Source of the DNA: Gemmatimonadota bacterium | GTDB taxonomy: Bacteria; Latescibacterota; UBA2968; UBA8231 | NCBI GenBank assembly: GCA_038128265.1 | Contig: JAYPJE010000019.1 | Coordinates: 10,937-74,936, forward strand | Length of the DNA stretch: 64,000 nt | Reading direction: 5' to 3' | Shown: one piece after another, positions 1-7,883 of the stretch | How the letters are laid out: every line of letters begins with the position of its first letter | Numbering within the stretch: the first letter of the stretch is position 1 | The notes under the pieces: generated by a model | The model's database searches: none | What the model was told of the DNA's origin: nothing | The model's input: only the letters and a program-made list of their open reading frames with translations | Program-made: the position numbers and the translations under genes

Positions 1-11
1 CAGCGCTGCTG

Positions 12-779
12 ATGGGCGTGCTCTATGCCCACCAGCGGCACACGCTGGACGCTACGCCGGTCGATATGGGCTGGTCCGGTGGCATTGGCCTAATGGCACT
101 CTACGTGGCCTGGCAGAGCGACGGAGACCCGCAGCGGCGCCTGCTGGTCGGCGCACTGGCCGCCCTGTGGTCCCTGCGCCTGACTTGGCATCTCCACGCG
201 CGCCGCGGCGCTTTCGAAGACGGGCGCTACGCCATGCTGCGCCAGCAGTGGGGCCCGCGCGCGCAGCGCAACTTTCTGCTGCTCTATCAGGCACAGGCGC
301 TGCTAATCGCCTTTTTCTCGCTACCCATTCTGCTCGGTGCAGCCAACCCCAAGCCGCTGGGAGCGCTCGACGCATTGGGCATCGGCATCTGGCTGGTCGC
401 CACGGTCGGCGAAAGCATCGCCGATGCCCAATTGGCGCGCTTCCGCCACAACCCGGACAACGCAGGCCGCACCTGCGACCAGGGTCTGTGGCGCTACTCA
501 CGCCATCCGAACTACTTTTTTGAATGGCTGCACTGGTTTGCCTATAGCGCCTGGGCCATTCCCTATGCCTGGGGCTGGCTCAGCCTGCTGGCCCCCGCTC
601 TCATGCTCTACTTGCTCTTTTCCGTCACCGGCATTCCCTACGCCGAAAAGCGTTCCCTACAGAGCCGCGGAGATGAATACCGCGCCTACCAGCAGCGAAC
701 GCATGCCTTCTTTCCCTTTTTTCCCAAAGCACCTGCACCGCGGCCGACAGATGCCCACACACGAGAGGTCTCGCCATGA
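12..779 (+). CDS. DUF1295 / steroid 5-alpha-reductase-like membrane protein (probably 5'-truncated by window edge)
   Basis: Motifs VDMGWS, EDGRY, ESIADAQLARF, GLWRYSRHPNYFFEWLHW; frame is open to the window start; stop overlaps next ATG (ATGA). Confidence 0.85.
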   Translation: MGVLYAHQRHTLDATPVDMGWSGGIGLMALYVAWQSDGDPQRRLLVGALAALWSLRLTWHLHARRGAFEDGRYAMLRQQWGPRAQRNFLLLYQAQALLIAFFSLPILLGAANPKPLGALDALGIGIWLVATVGESIADAQLARFRHNPDNAGRTCDQGLWRYSRHPNYFFEWLHWFAYSAWAIPYAWGWLSLLAPALMLYLLFSVTGIPYAEKRSLQSRGDEYRAYQQRTHAFFPFFPKAPAPRPTDAHTREVSP

Positions 780-1825
780 AAAACGCACTGCAATGGGCCG
801 AGCGCGGCCTAGTGCCCGACGCGCTGATTCGCACGGGCATCCGCTCCTTGTTGCGCAATCGCATTCGCGAAATCGACCCCGGCGATTGCCAGGGGCGCAC
901 GCAGCACCTGCGCCGCTTTATAGAGACCATGGACGAGAGCCCAATCGCCGTCCACACACAGGAAGCCAACGAACAGCACTACGAACTGCCGCCGGCCTTT
1001 TTTGAAAAGGTTCTTGGGCGACATCTCAAATACAGCGCATGCTATTATCCAACGGGGCGCGAGACGCTCGACGAGGCCGAAGCGGCCATGCTCGAACTCT
1101 ACGGCGAGCGCGCCGAGCTGGCCGACGGCATGGACGTGCTCGAACTGGGCTGTGGCTGGGGTTCGCTCACGCTGTGGATGGCCGAGCGCTATCCAGCCAG
1201 CCGCATAACCGCCGTTTCCAACTCGGCACCGCAGCGCCGCTTTATCGAGGCGCGCTGCGCCGAGCGCGGATTGGACAACGTGCGCGTCATCACCTGCGAT
1301 ATGAACGAGTTTGCCGCCGAAGGCTCCTACGATCGCGTCGTCTCGGTAGAGATGTTTGAGCACCTGCGCAACTACCGCGCCATGCTCAAACGCGTGGCCG
1401 GCTGGCTGCGCGACGACGGCAAGCTCTTTATTCACATCTTCGTCCACAGCCGCCACCCCTATCTGTTTGAGGTAAAGAACGACGACGACTGGATGAGCAA
1501 GTACTTCTTTACCGGGGGTATGATGCCCAGCGACGACCTCCTACACTATCTGCAAGAGGACTTCTTTCTGCAGGGACACTGGCGGGTCAGCGGCAGCCAC
1601 TACGCGCGGACGGCGCGGCACTGGCTGGAAAAACTAGACGCGCAGCGCGACGCGATTGACGCGCTCTTTGCCGAGACCTACGGCGCGGCCAACAGCGCGG
1701 TTTGGTGCCAACGCTGGCGCATTTTCTTTATGTCCTGTGAAGAGCTTTTTGGCTATGCCGAAGGGCAAGAATGGTGGGTATCGCACTACTGTATGGCCAA
1801 GCGCAGCGGCGTCGCCGACGACTAG
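776..1825 (+). CDS. SAM-dependent methyltransferase, cyclopropane-fatty-acyl-phospholipid synthase family
   Basis: ANEQHYELP, LKYSACYY, VLELGCGWGS SAM motif, VSVEMFEH, YFFTGGMMPS. Confidence 0.9.
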   Translation: MKNALQWAERGLVPDALIRTGIRSLLRNRIREIDPGDCQGRTQHLRRFIETMDESPIAVHTQEANEQHYELPPAFFEKVLGRHLKYSACYYPTGRETLDEAEAAMLELYGERAELADGMDVLELGCGWGSLTLWMAERYPASRITAVSNSAPQRRFIEARCAERGLDNVRVITCDMNEFAAEGSYDRVVSVEMFEHLRNYRAMLKRVAGWLRDDGKLFIHIFVHSRHPYLFEVKNDDDWMSKYFFTGGMMPSDDLLHYLQEDFFLQGHWRVSGSHYARTARHWLEKLDAQRDAIDALFAETYGAANSAVWCQRWRIFFMSCEELFGYAEGQEWWVSHYCMAKRSGVADD

Positions 1826-2268
1826 TACGACAGCTGAAGCGACGGGTTTAAAAAGGCGAGGGCATAGAGGGCCAGCACGGCACGCACACTCCACAGTGCC
1901 GTGCGCAGCCAGTTGCTGCGCACCAACCAGGCGTGCCGCTCTTGGTCGAAGCCGTCGAGCAGCGCGTTGTGGCAGGGAACCTGCCAAAGAAAAGTCGACA
2001 GCCATATGGCGGCCAGCAGGGCCAGGCCGCCCCAGGCCACCAGCGGCGATAGCGCATTGGGCAGCATCAGGCACAGCGCCAGCGCCGACGCCCCCTCTGC
2101 CAGCATCGCCGGCCCGACAACCCATCCGGTGCGCCGCACGTGCTCGCGCTGGTAGGCGATAAAACCACCCCGTTCGACACCGGCAAAAAGCGGATAGTGC
2201 ACCAACTGCACAAACCATATGACCCCACACATATAGCAGGTGGCCGCCGCGTGCAGCAGGAGCAGCAC
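1822..2268 (-). CDS. Conserved hypothetical multi-TM membrane protein (photolyase-associated)
   Basis: Hydrophobic helices, WFVQLVHYPLF, QVPCH, SNWLRT; starts 3 nt after the photolyase stop. Confidence 0.7.
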   Translation of the reverse strand: MLLLLHAAATCYMCGVIWFVQLVHYPLFAGVERGGFIAYQREHVRRTGWVVGPAMLAEGASALALCLMLPNALSPLVAWGGLALLAAIWLSTFLWQVPCHNALLDGFDQERHAWLVRSNWLRTALWSVRAVLALYALAFLNPSLQLSY

Positions 2269-2271
2269 GCC

Positions 2272-3693
2272 CTAGCCCTTGCTCTTTTGCAGCGCAGCCA
2301 GCGCGCGGTCACGCGCAAAGGCGTGGTCGACAACGGGCTCCGGATAGGTGTCGCCCAACAGCACGCCGGCCGTGCGCAGCACGTGGTCTGGCGCGCGCCA
2401 CGGGGCGTGAATATAGCGCGACGGCAGCTGAGCCAACTCGGGCACCCAGCGGCGGACGTACGCCCCGTCCCGATCGAATTTCTCGCCCTGCGTAACGGGG
2501 TTGAAAATGCGAAAAAACGGCGCCGCATCGGCACCGCAGCCAGCCACCCACTGCCAGCCCATACTGTTGTTCGCTAGATCGGCATCGACCAGCGTATCCC
2601 AGAACCACTCGGCCCCTCGACGCCAGTCTATCAACAGGTCTTTTACCAGAAACGACGCAGCGACCATGCGCACGCGATTGTGCATCCATCCCGTCTGCCA
2701 CAGCTGGCGCATCCCCGCATCGACCAGCGGATAGCCGGTATGGCCGCTCTGCCAGGCCCGCAGACCATCCGGGTCTTCGCACCAGGGAAAACCGGCAAAC
2801 TGCGCGCGCAGTGGCTCGGCATCCAAATTCGGAAAGTGATAGAGCAAGTGGTGGGAGAATTCGCGCCAGCCCAGTTCGCGCAAAAAAGCAGCAGCGCCGT
2901 CGCCGGCTACGTCGCGCAGGGCAGCCACTGCTTGGCGCGGGCTGACCTCGCCAAAGTGCAGATGGGGCGACAGTCGCGACGTCCAGCGCTGCGACGGGCA
3001 GTCGCGCCCTTCACCGTAGCGGTCGACGATGCCTTCGACAAAATCCCGTAATAGCTTCTGTGCCCCCGCTTCACCCGGCTGCCATTCTGCACGCAAGCCG
3101 CTTGCCCAATCAATCGAAGGCAGCAGGCCCAGCTCGCTGATGGAGAGCGACTGCGGCCAGCGCGGCGGCGCCGGCAAGCGCGATGGCACCTGCACGAGGC
3201 GGCCGTCGAGCCCTTCCTGCAGACAGCGCTTCCAAAAGGGGGTGAAGACCTGATACGGATTGCCCTGCCCGGTCGCTATGGAATGCGGCACAAAGAGCAG
3301 CGCTCCATCGCTCGGATGCGCTCCAATGGATTCCAACGAGAGCGCGCGCTCAACCCATGCCTCGTTCGTGCGCGCGGCCGGCTCGCTGCGCCGCTGAAAG
3401 TAGACCTTGTCGGCATCGAGGTCGCGCGCTAGATCGACCAGCACCTCGGCCGCGCGCCCCTGGCGCAGCAACAGCTGGCTACCGCGTGCACGCAGATCGG
3501 CGTCCAGTGATTCGAGCGAGTGGTGCAACCACCAGCGGCTGGCCGCGCCCTGTGGCCACGGCCCTTGTTCTTCGGGATCATCGATAAATACAGGTGCGAC
3601 CGCCTGCCCATCAGCCGCGGCCTCCGCCAGGCCGGCATGGTCACTCAGGCGAAGATCGCGACGCAACCAGACGATGGCACAGGGCCGTGTCAA
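2272..3693 (-). CDS. phrB: Deoxyribodipyrimidine photolyase (class I/III CPD photolyase-cryptochrome family)
   Basis: WLRRDLRLSDH, TSRLSPHLHFGEVS, WREF, GHTGYPLVDAGMRQLWQTGWMHNRVRM, RIFNP. Confidence 0.95.
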   Translation of the reverse strand: MTRPCAIVWLRRDLRLSDHAGLAEAAADGQAVAPVFIDDPEEQGPWPQGAASRWWLHHSLESLDADLRARGSQLLLRQGRAAEVLVDLARDLDADKVYFQRRSEPAARTNEAWVERALSLESIGAHPSDGALLFVPHSIATGQGNPYQVFTPFWKRCLQEGLDGRLVQVPSRLPAPPRWPQSLSISELGLLPSIDWASGLRAEWQPGEAGAQKLLRDFVEGIVDRYGEGRDCPSQRWTSRLSPHLHFGEVSPRQAVAALRDVAGDGAAAFLRELGWREFSHHLLYHFPNLDAEPLRAQFAGFPWCEDPDGLRAWQSGHTGYPLVDAGMRQLWQTGWMHNRVRMVAASFLVKDLLIDWRRGAEWFWDTLVDADLANNSMGWQWVAGCGADAAPFFRIFNPVTQGEKFDRDGAYVRRWVPELAQLPSRYIHAPWRAPDHVLRTAGVLLGDTYPEPVVDHAFARDRALAALQKSKG

Positions 3694-4268
3694 ATGCGCC
3701 CCTTAATCCACTTTATGAGCGAGCCAACAACGGGCATGTAGGCGAACAGGCCGCCCGCAGCATCCCAAAAGTCGCGGTGCAGAACGACGCGCCCCTCGCC
3801 GTTAAAGCGAATCTGGCTCATGCCTTCTGAACGCGCCCAATTACCACCGTTGAGATTTCGGAACTTAATGTCCATGACCCAGCGGTAGTAGTAGTCGACG
3901 CCGGAACGCGCTACGTCGACTACTTCAACATTGACTTCCTCGGTCGCCTCGAGACTCTCGGCCAAATATTCGGCAATTGCTTCGCTGCCTTCGAGTTCTT
4001 TGACGGTATCGTTGAAGTAGGCGTCTTTGGCATAGACCTGACGCGCGTTGGCTGCAATTGTCTCAACGCGCATCTGACGAACAAATTCGGTGAATGCCGC
4101 TATGGCGCGCGCCTCTTCTTCGCTGCCGGGCTGCGGTGCTCCCTCGGCGACGAGCGCCGTGCGCTGCAGGGCTTCTTGATACGTCACGGCACCCTTCTCC
4201 TGTGCAATGATAGCTCCAGCAACGCAGAGGACGACAACGCTTAAGATCCCTGCGAGTAGACCTTTCAA
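3690..4268 (-). CDS. NTF2/SnoaL-like protein with N-terminal signal or anchor
   Basis: YAKDAYFND..K, HRDFWDA motifs; hydrophobic N-terminus; TTG start; stop overlaps phrB start. Confidence 0.8.
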   Translation of the reverse strand: MKGLLAGILSVVVLCVAGAIIAQEKGAVTYQEALQRTALVAEGAPQPGSEEEARAIAAFTEFVRQMRVETIAANARQVYAKDAYFNDTVKELEGSEAIAEYLAESLEATEEVNVEVVDVARSGVDYYYRWVMDIKFRNLNGGNWARSEGMSQIRFNGEGRVVLHRDFWDAAGGLFAYMPVVGSLIKWIKGRI

Positions 4269-4284
4269 TTGAATTGAGCTCGAA

Positions 4285-5139
4285 TTAGTTTACAGATACT
4301 TCGAATTCCAGCTCTTCCAGATGGCCGCGCATCTTCTGCAGAGCGCGATTGCGCAGTTGGCGAACGCGCTCGCGCGTTACACCCATCTCGCTGCCAATTT
4401 CCTCTAGCGTCTTGCAGCTGCCGCCTTCCAGGCCAAAATATTCGTTGATAATTTGCATCTCGCGCGGTTCGAGCTTGCGCAGGCTCTCACCGAGCACTTC
4501 GACCAGCTCTTCTTGGTCAATGACCACATCGTCTCCACCCATGGCGAACGCCTCGAGCGTTGGGGTATCCTCGCCGTCAAAGAGCGGCGCGTCGAGCGAC
4601 ATATCCTGTAGACCCGCTTCCATTGCGTTGCGCAGGCGGTCCGAGGTCATATCCATGCAGTCGGAAATTTCATACAGCGTGGGCTGGCGTCCCAACACCT
4701 GGCTCAAATTGGCCGTTTCGCGCTCGACAGCGTGCTGATCGTGTATGTGACTCATGGGTAGACGCGCGGCGCGAAAATCGCGGGGCAGCGCCTTGAGAAT
4801 AGCCTGGCGAATCCACCACACGGCGTAGGTGATGAATTTGAATCCACGCGTCTCGTCGAATTTATTGACGGCGCGGATGAGCCCCATATTCCCCTCGGCA
4901 ATCAGATCCATGAGCAGGGGACCGTCCTGGGGACAATATTCGCGCGCGACGCTGACGACAAAGCGCAGATTGGCGTTGATAAGAGTCTCTAAAGCCTCTT
5001 TGTCCCCACGGCGGATGCGCGCGAACAGCTCGATCTCTTCCTGTCGTTTCAGCGGCTGGTTGTTTTTTATCTCTTCCCAGTAAACATCCAGTATGTCGCT
5101 GCTATTTCCGCCTTTCTTGTTCTTTTCAACGTCACGCAT
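4285..5139 (-). CDS. RNA polymerase sigma-70 factor, short RpoD/SigA-like (regions 1.2-4, no region 1.1)
   Basis: ANLRFVVSVA, DLIAEGNMGL, FDETRGFKFITYAVWWIRQAI, TLEEIG..MGVTRERVRQ; AGGAGG RBS upstream. Confidence 0.92.
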   Translation of the reverse strand: MRDVEKNKKGGNSSDILDVYWEEIKNNQPLKRQEEIELFARIRRGDKEALETLINANLRFVVSVAREYCPQDGPLLMDLIAEGNMGLIRAVNKFDETRGFKFITYAVWWIRQAILKALPRDFRAARLPMSHIHDQHAVERETANLSQVLGRQPTLYEISDCMDMTSDRLRNAMEAGLQDMSLDAPLFDGEDTPTLEAFAMGGDDVVIDQEELVEVLGESLRKLEPREMQIINEYFGLEGGSCKTLEEIGSEMGVTRERVRQLRNRALQKMRGHLEELEFEVSVN

Positions 5140-5193
5140 GGCGTGCCTCCTAATAAATTGGACAGATCTTTTGAATGGCCTCTTTACATAGAC

Positions 5194-5238
5194 AACATAA
5201 GAAAATGTCTATGTTTTGTCAATGTTTTATTCATGTTT
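5194..5238 (-). promoter_or_regulatory. Sigma-70 promoter of the sigma/SnoaL/phrB operon, overlapped by three 11-bp direct repeats (putative CarH/LitR operator)
   Basis: Minus strand AAACATGAATA-AAACATTGACA-AAACATAGACA (5238-5206). The middle repeat contains -35 TTGACA (5222-5217), then 17 bp, then -10 TATGTT (5199-5194). Inverted repeat ACATAGACA/TGTCTATGT at 5186-5194/5206-5214. Confidence 0.75.
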
Positions 5239-5288
5239 TTTGCGGTTTTTTATTTGACAAACTATCGGCCTATTCATATTAAGGGGGT

Positions 5289-6227
5289 ATGACAAACGAA
5301 AAATGTTACACCATGAAAGTGGTTGCACAGCGAACCGGGCTGAGCCCGCACGCAATTCGCGTATGGGAGAAACGCTATAGCGCCGTGGAACCAGAGCGCA
5401 CCACGACCAATCGCAGACTGTATTCGGCCGCAGATATCGAACGCTTGACCAACCTGCACAGAGCGACGCAACAGGGCCATAGCATAGGGAACATTGCCAA
5501 TCTGTCGGATGCCGACTTAAGCGCGCTAGTAGCCGAGCCCGCATTCAGCCCGCCCCCACAGGAACAGCCTCCTCTACAAACGCCGCCGCAAGAGAGCGAT
5601 CCGCACGACTTCGTGCAGCGCTGCCTTCGCGCCGTGTCGGCTATGGATGGCCATGCACTGACGCGTGAGCTCATGACGGCCGAAGTCGCCATGGGGCGCA
5701 ATCGCCTGCTGGTCGACGTAATCGACCCACTCATGCGAAGCGTCGGGGATATGTGGAGCAGCGGCGACCTGCGGGTTGCCGACGAACACCTAGCTACCTC
5801 GATTGTCCGAACGTTTCTCGGCACCCTGCACTCGAGCAATCGCGCCCCAGCCAATGCCCCTCTATTCATAAGCACAACACCGGCCGGACAGTGGCACGAA
5901 ATCGGGGCATTACTAGCCAGCCTGACAGCACAGAGTGCGGGCTGGAACACACTGTATTTGGGCCCCAACTTGCCCGCCGAAGAAATTGCCGCCGCTGCTC
6001 AGACCCACGGGGCAAAAGCGGTTGCCCTAAGCATTATATTCCCTGGAGACGATGCCCTGCTGCGCGGCGAACTGGCCAAACTCCGACAGGCCCTACCTGA
6101 CACTCCTCTACTTATTGGCGGTCGCGTTGCAGCCCATTACCAAGAAACAATTGAGGAACTGGGCGCCCACCGCATGGAGAATTTGGCCCTCCTGGCCCAG
6201 ATGCTGCAAAAAATTGCCGCATCTTGA
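5289..6227 (+). CDS. carH: MerR-family cobalamin-binding photoreceptor/repressor (CarH/LitR-like), copy 1
   Basis: MerR HTH with IRVWEKRY; W-x9-EH (WSSGDLRVADEH); B12-binding QWHEIG and YLGPNLP; TTGACA at 5254-5259 upstream. Confidence 0.88.
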   Translation: MTNEKCYTMKVVAQRTGLSPHAIRVWEKRYSAVEPERTTTNRRLYSAADIERLTNLHRATQQGHSIGNIANLSDADLSALVAEPAFSPPPQEQPPLQTPPQESDPHDFVQRCLRAVSAMDGHALTRELMTAEVAMGRNRLLVDVIDPLMRSVGDMWSSGDLRVADEHLATSIVRTFLGTLHSSNRAPANAPLFISTTPAGQWHEIGALLASLTAQSAGWNTLYLGPNLPAEEIAAAAQTHGAKAVALSIIFPGDDALLRGELAKLRQALPDTPLLIGGRVAAHYQETIEELGAHRMENLALLAQMLQKIAAS

Positions 6228-6235
6228 TTTTTTTC

Positions 6236-6274
6236 TAGACGAAACATTGACAAATAGTAGACTGTCGATATAAT
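6236..6274 (+). promoter_or_regulatory. Consensus sigma-70 promoter of the fasciclin gene with 11-bp-spaced repeats (putative CarH operator)
   Basis: TAGACG(6236)-TTGACA(6247)-TAGACT(6258) at exact 11-bp spacing; TTGACA-N16-TATAAT(6269-6274). Confidence 0.75.
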
Positions 6275-6329
6275 CATGACAAGCGAATCACACAACGCGC
6301 CTTCAGGCGCATAACTTTGGAGACTTGTC

Positions 6330-6881
6330 ATGAAAATCGCACGCTTTGCCCTTACCGCCATGGCCATCGTTGGCCTATGCTTCTCGGCTAACACCGCCAG
6401 CGCTCAGAGCGACAAGGACATTGTAGATACAGCCGTCGAAGCAGGCGTCTTTAACACGCTTGCTGCCGCCCTCACTGCAGCAGACCTCGTTGATGTCCTG
6501 AAGGGCGATGGCCCCTTCACCGTTTTCGCACCGACGGACGAAGCCTTTGCCAAACTGCCCGAAGGCACCGTTGAGTCGCTGCTTCTGCCGGAAAACAAGG
6601 ATCAGCTCATCGCCATTCTGCTGTATCACGTCGTCGCCGGTTCCGTCACTTCCGATCAGGTTGTAACCCTCAACTCGGCTGCCACGGTTAACGGTGCATC
6701 CGTGACGATCATGGTCTCTGACGCTGGCGTAATGGTAGACAACGCCAACGTTACGGCCGTTGACATCTTGGCCAGCAATGGCGTCATCCACGTTATCGAC
6801 TCCGTTATTTTGCCGCCGGCTGGTCCGACGGCTGTCGAGAGCAACTCGTGGGGCGCAGTCAAGAGCGAGGCGACCCGCTAA
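6330..6881 (+). CDS. Secreted fasciclin (FAS1) domain protein with short C-terminal '[13 protein letters not shown]' tail
   Basis: Signal peptide; [47 protein letters not shown]. Confidence 0.92.
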   Translation: MKIARFALTAMAIVGLCFSANTASAQSDKDIVDTAVEAGVFNTLAAALTAADLVDVLKGDGPFTVFAPTDEAFAKLPEGTVESLLLPENKDQLIAILLYHVVAGSVTSDQVVTLNSAATVNGASVTIMVSDAGVMVDNANVTAVDILASNGVIHVIDSVILPPAGPTAVESNSWGAVKSEATR

Positions 6882-6905
6882 AGCAGTACCTTCTATCTTC
6901 ATCGC

Positions 6906-6948
6906 AAAAACCGCCGGCGCACATGGCATTGCGCCGGCGGTTTTTTTT
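6906..6948 (+). terminator. Rho-independent terminator (possibly bidirectional)
   Basis: AAAAACCGCCGGCGCA-loop-TGCGCCGGCGG followed by T8, 25 nt after the fasciclin stop. Confidence 0.9.
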
Positions 6949-7002
6949 ATGTCCAACTGCGGCGGTTTCTCTGTGCGCCGTTTTTGCGTTTATTTAAGCC
7001 CC

Positions 7003-7785
7003 ATGGAAACCGCTCACCTACCCATTGCCCCCAGCATCGGAGGGGCGCTCGCTTTTGCAGCCGCCTATTTTCTGGTGGGTATACCGCTCAAAGTAATCGG
7101 CGGCATCCTCTACCGATTGCCCATACCGCAAAAAGTTGCCTTCTATATTCTCGCGCCCTTCTATTCGCCGCGCTCTTGGCTGCGTAGCCCTGCGCTGCAA
7201 AGCGGCCATTTTATCTTTGCCGGACGCACGGCCCTGCAGTGGCTGCTCATATCCCTGTGCACCTACGCCCTCTATTGGCATATCGTCAGTCGCTATGCAC
7301 CGCCTCCCTTCGTGCGGGCCTATATGGCCTTCCCGGCCTTTTATGTGCTGACCGAAACCATGGGGGCTGTTTTCCGCCTTATTTTTCTCAGCAGCGGACG
7401 CCTTATCTGCCCTGTTCACAACAGCCCCCTGCTCGCTCGTTCACTGGCCCATTTTTGGGGCAGCTGCTGGAACCGCTGGGTCGGCGAGTGGCTGCGCCAC
7501 ATATTTTTTTCTCCCCTTATGCGCTACCCTCGCCTCGGTCTGCTGGCCGCCTTTATCGCCTCGGGCATTTGGCACGAGCTAATTCTGACCGTCCCACACT
7601 ATCTCATGGGCCACCCGATCTACTTCGGCCCCATGGCAGCGTACTTCCTTATCCAAGGCCTTGCCCTGCTAATAGAGCCACGCCACTGGGATCGACGCCT
7701 GCAGCGGCTGTACATGTATATCGTCGTCATCGCCCCGGCCCCGCTGGTAGCCAATGCGGCCTTCTTGCACGCTTTCTTGCTCTAG
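7003..7785 (+). CDS. MBOAT / wax-synthase-family membrane-bound O-acyltransferase
   Basis: Multi-TM; RSLAHFWGSCWN and SGIWHE (catalytic His). ATG 7003 chosen because the ORF-track start overlaps fasciclin and the terminator. Confidence 0.75.
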   Translation: METAHLPIAPSIGGALAFAAAYFLVGIPLKVIGGILYRLPIPQKVAFYILAPFYSPRSWLRSPALQSGHFIFAGRTALQWLLISLCTYALYWHIVSRYAPPPFVRAYMAFPAFYVLTETMGAVFRLIFLSSGRLICPVHNSPLLARSLAHFWGSCWNRWVGEWLRHIFFSPLMRYPRLGLLAAFIASGIWHELILTVPHYLMGHPIYFGPMAAYFLIQGLALLIEPRHWDRRLQRLYMYIVVIAPAPLVANAAFLHAFLL

Positions 7786-7883
7786 TTGCCGATTTTTATA
7801 TGGCTATTTTTAATTGCGTTACACCATTTAACCACTGCAATTAATCGCGTTGACGAACGGGATACATCCGATATATTCCCATT

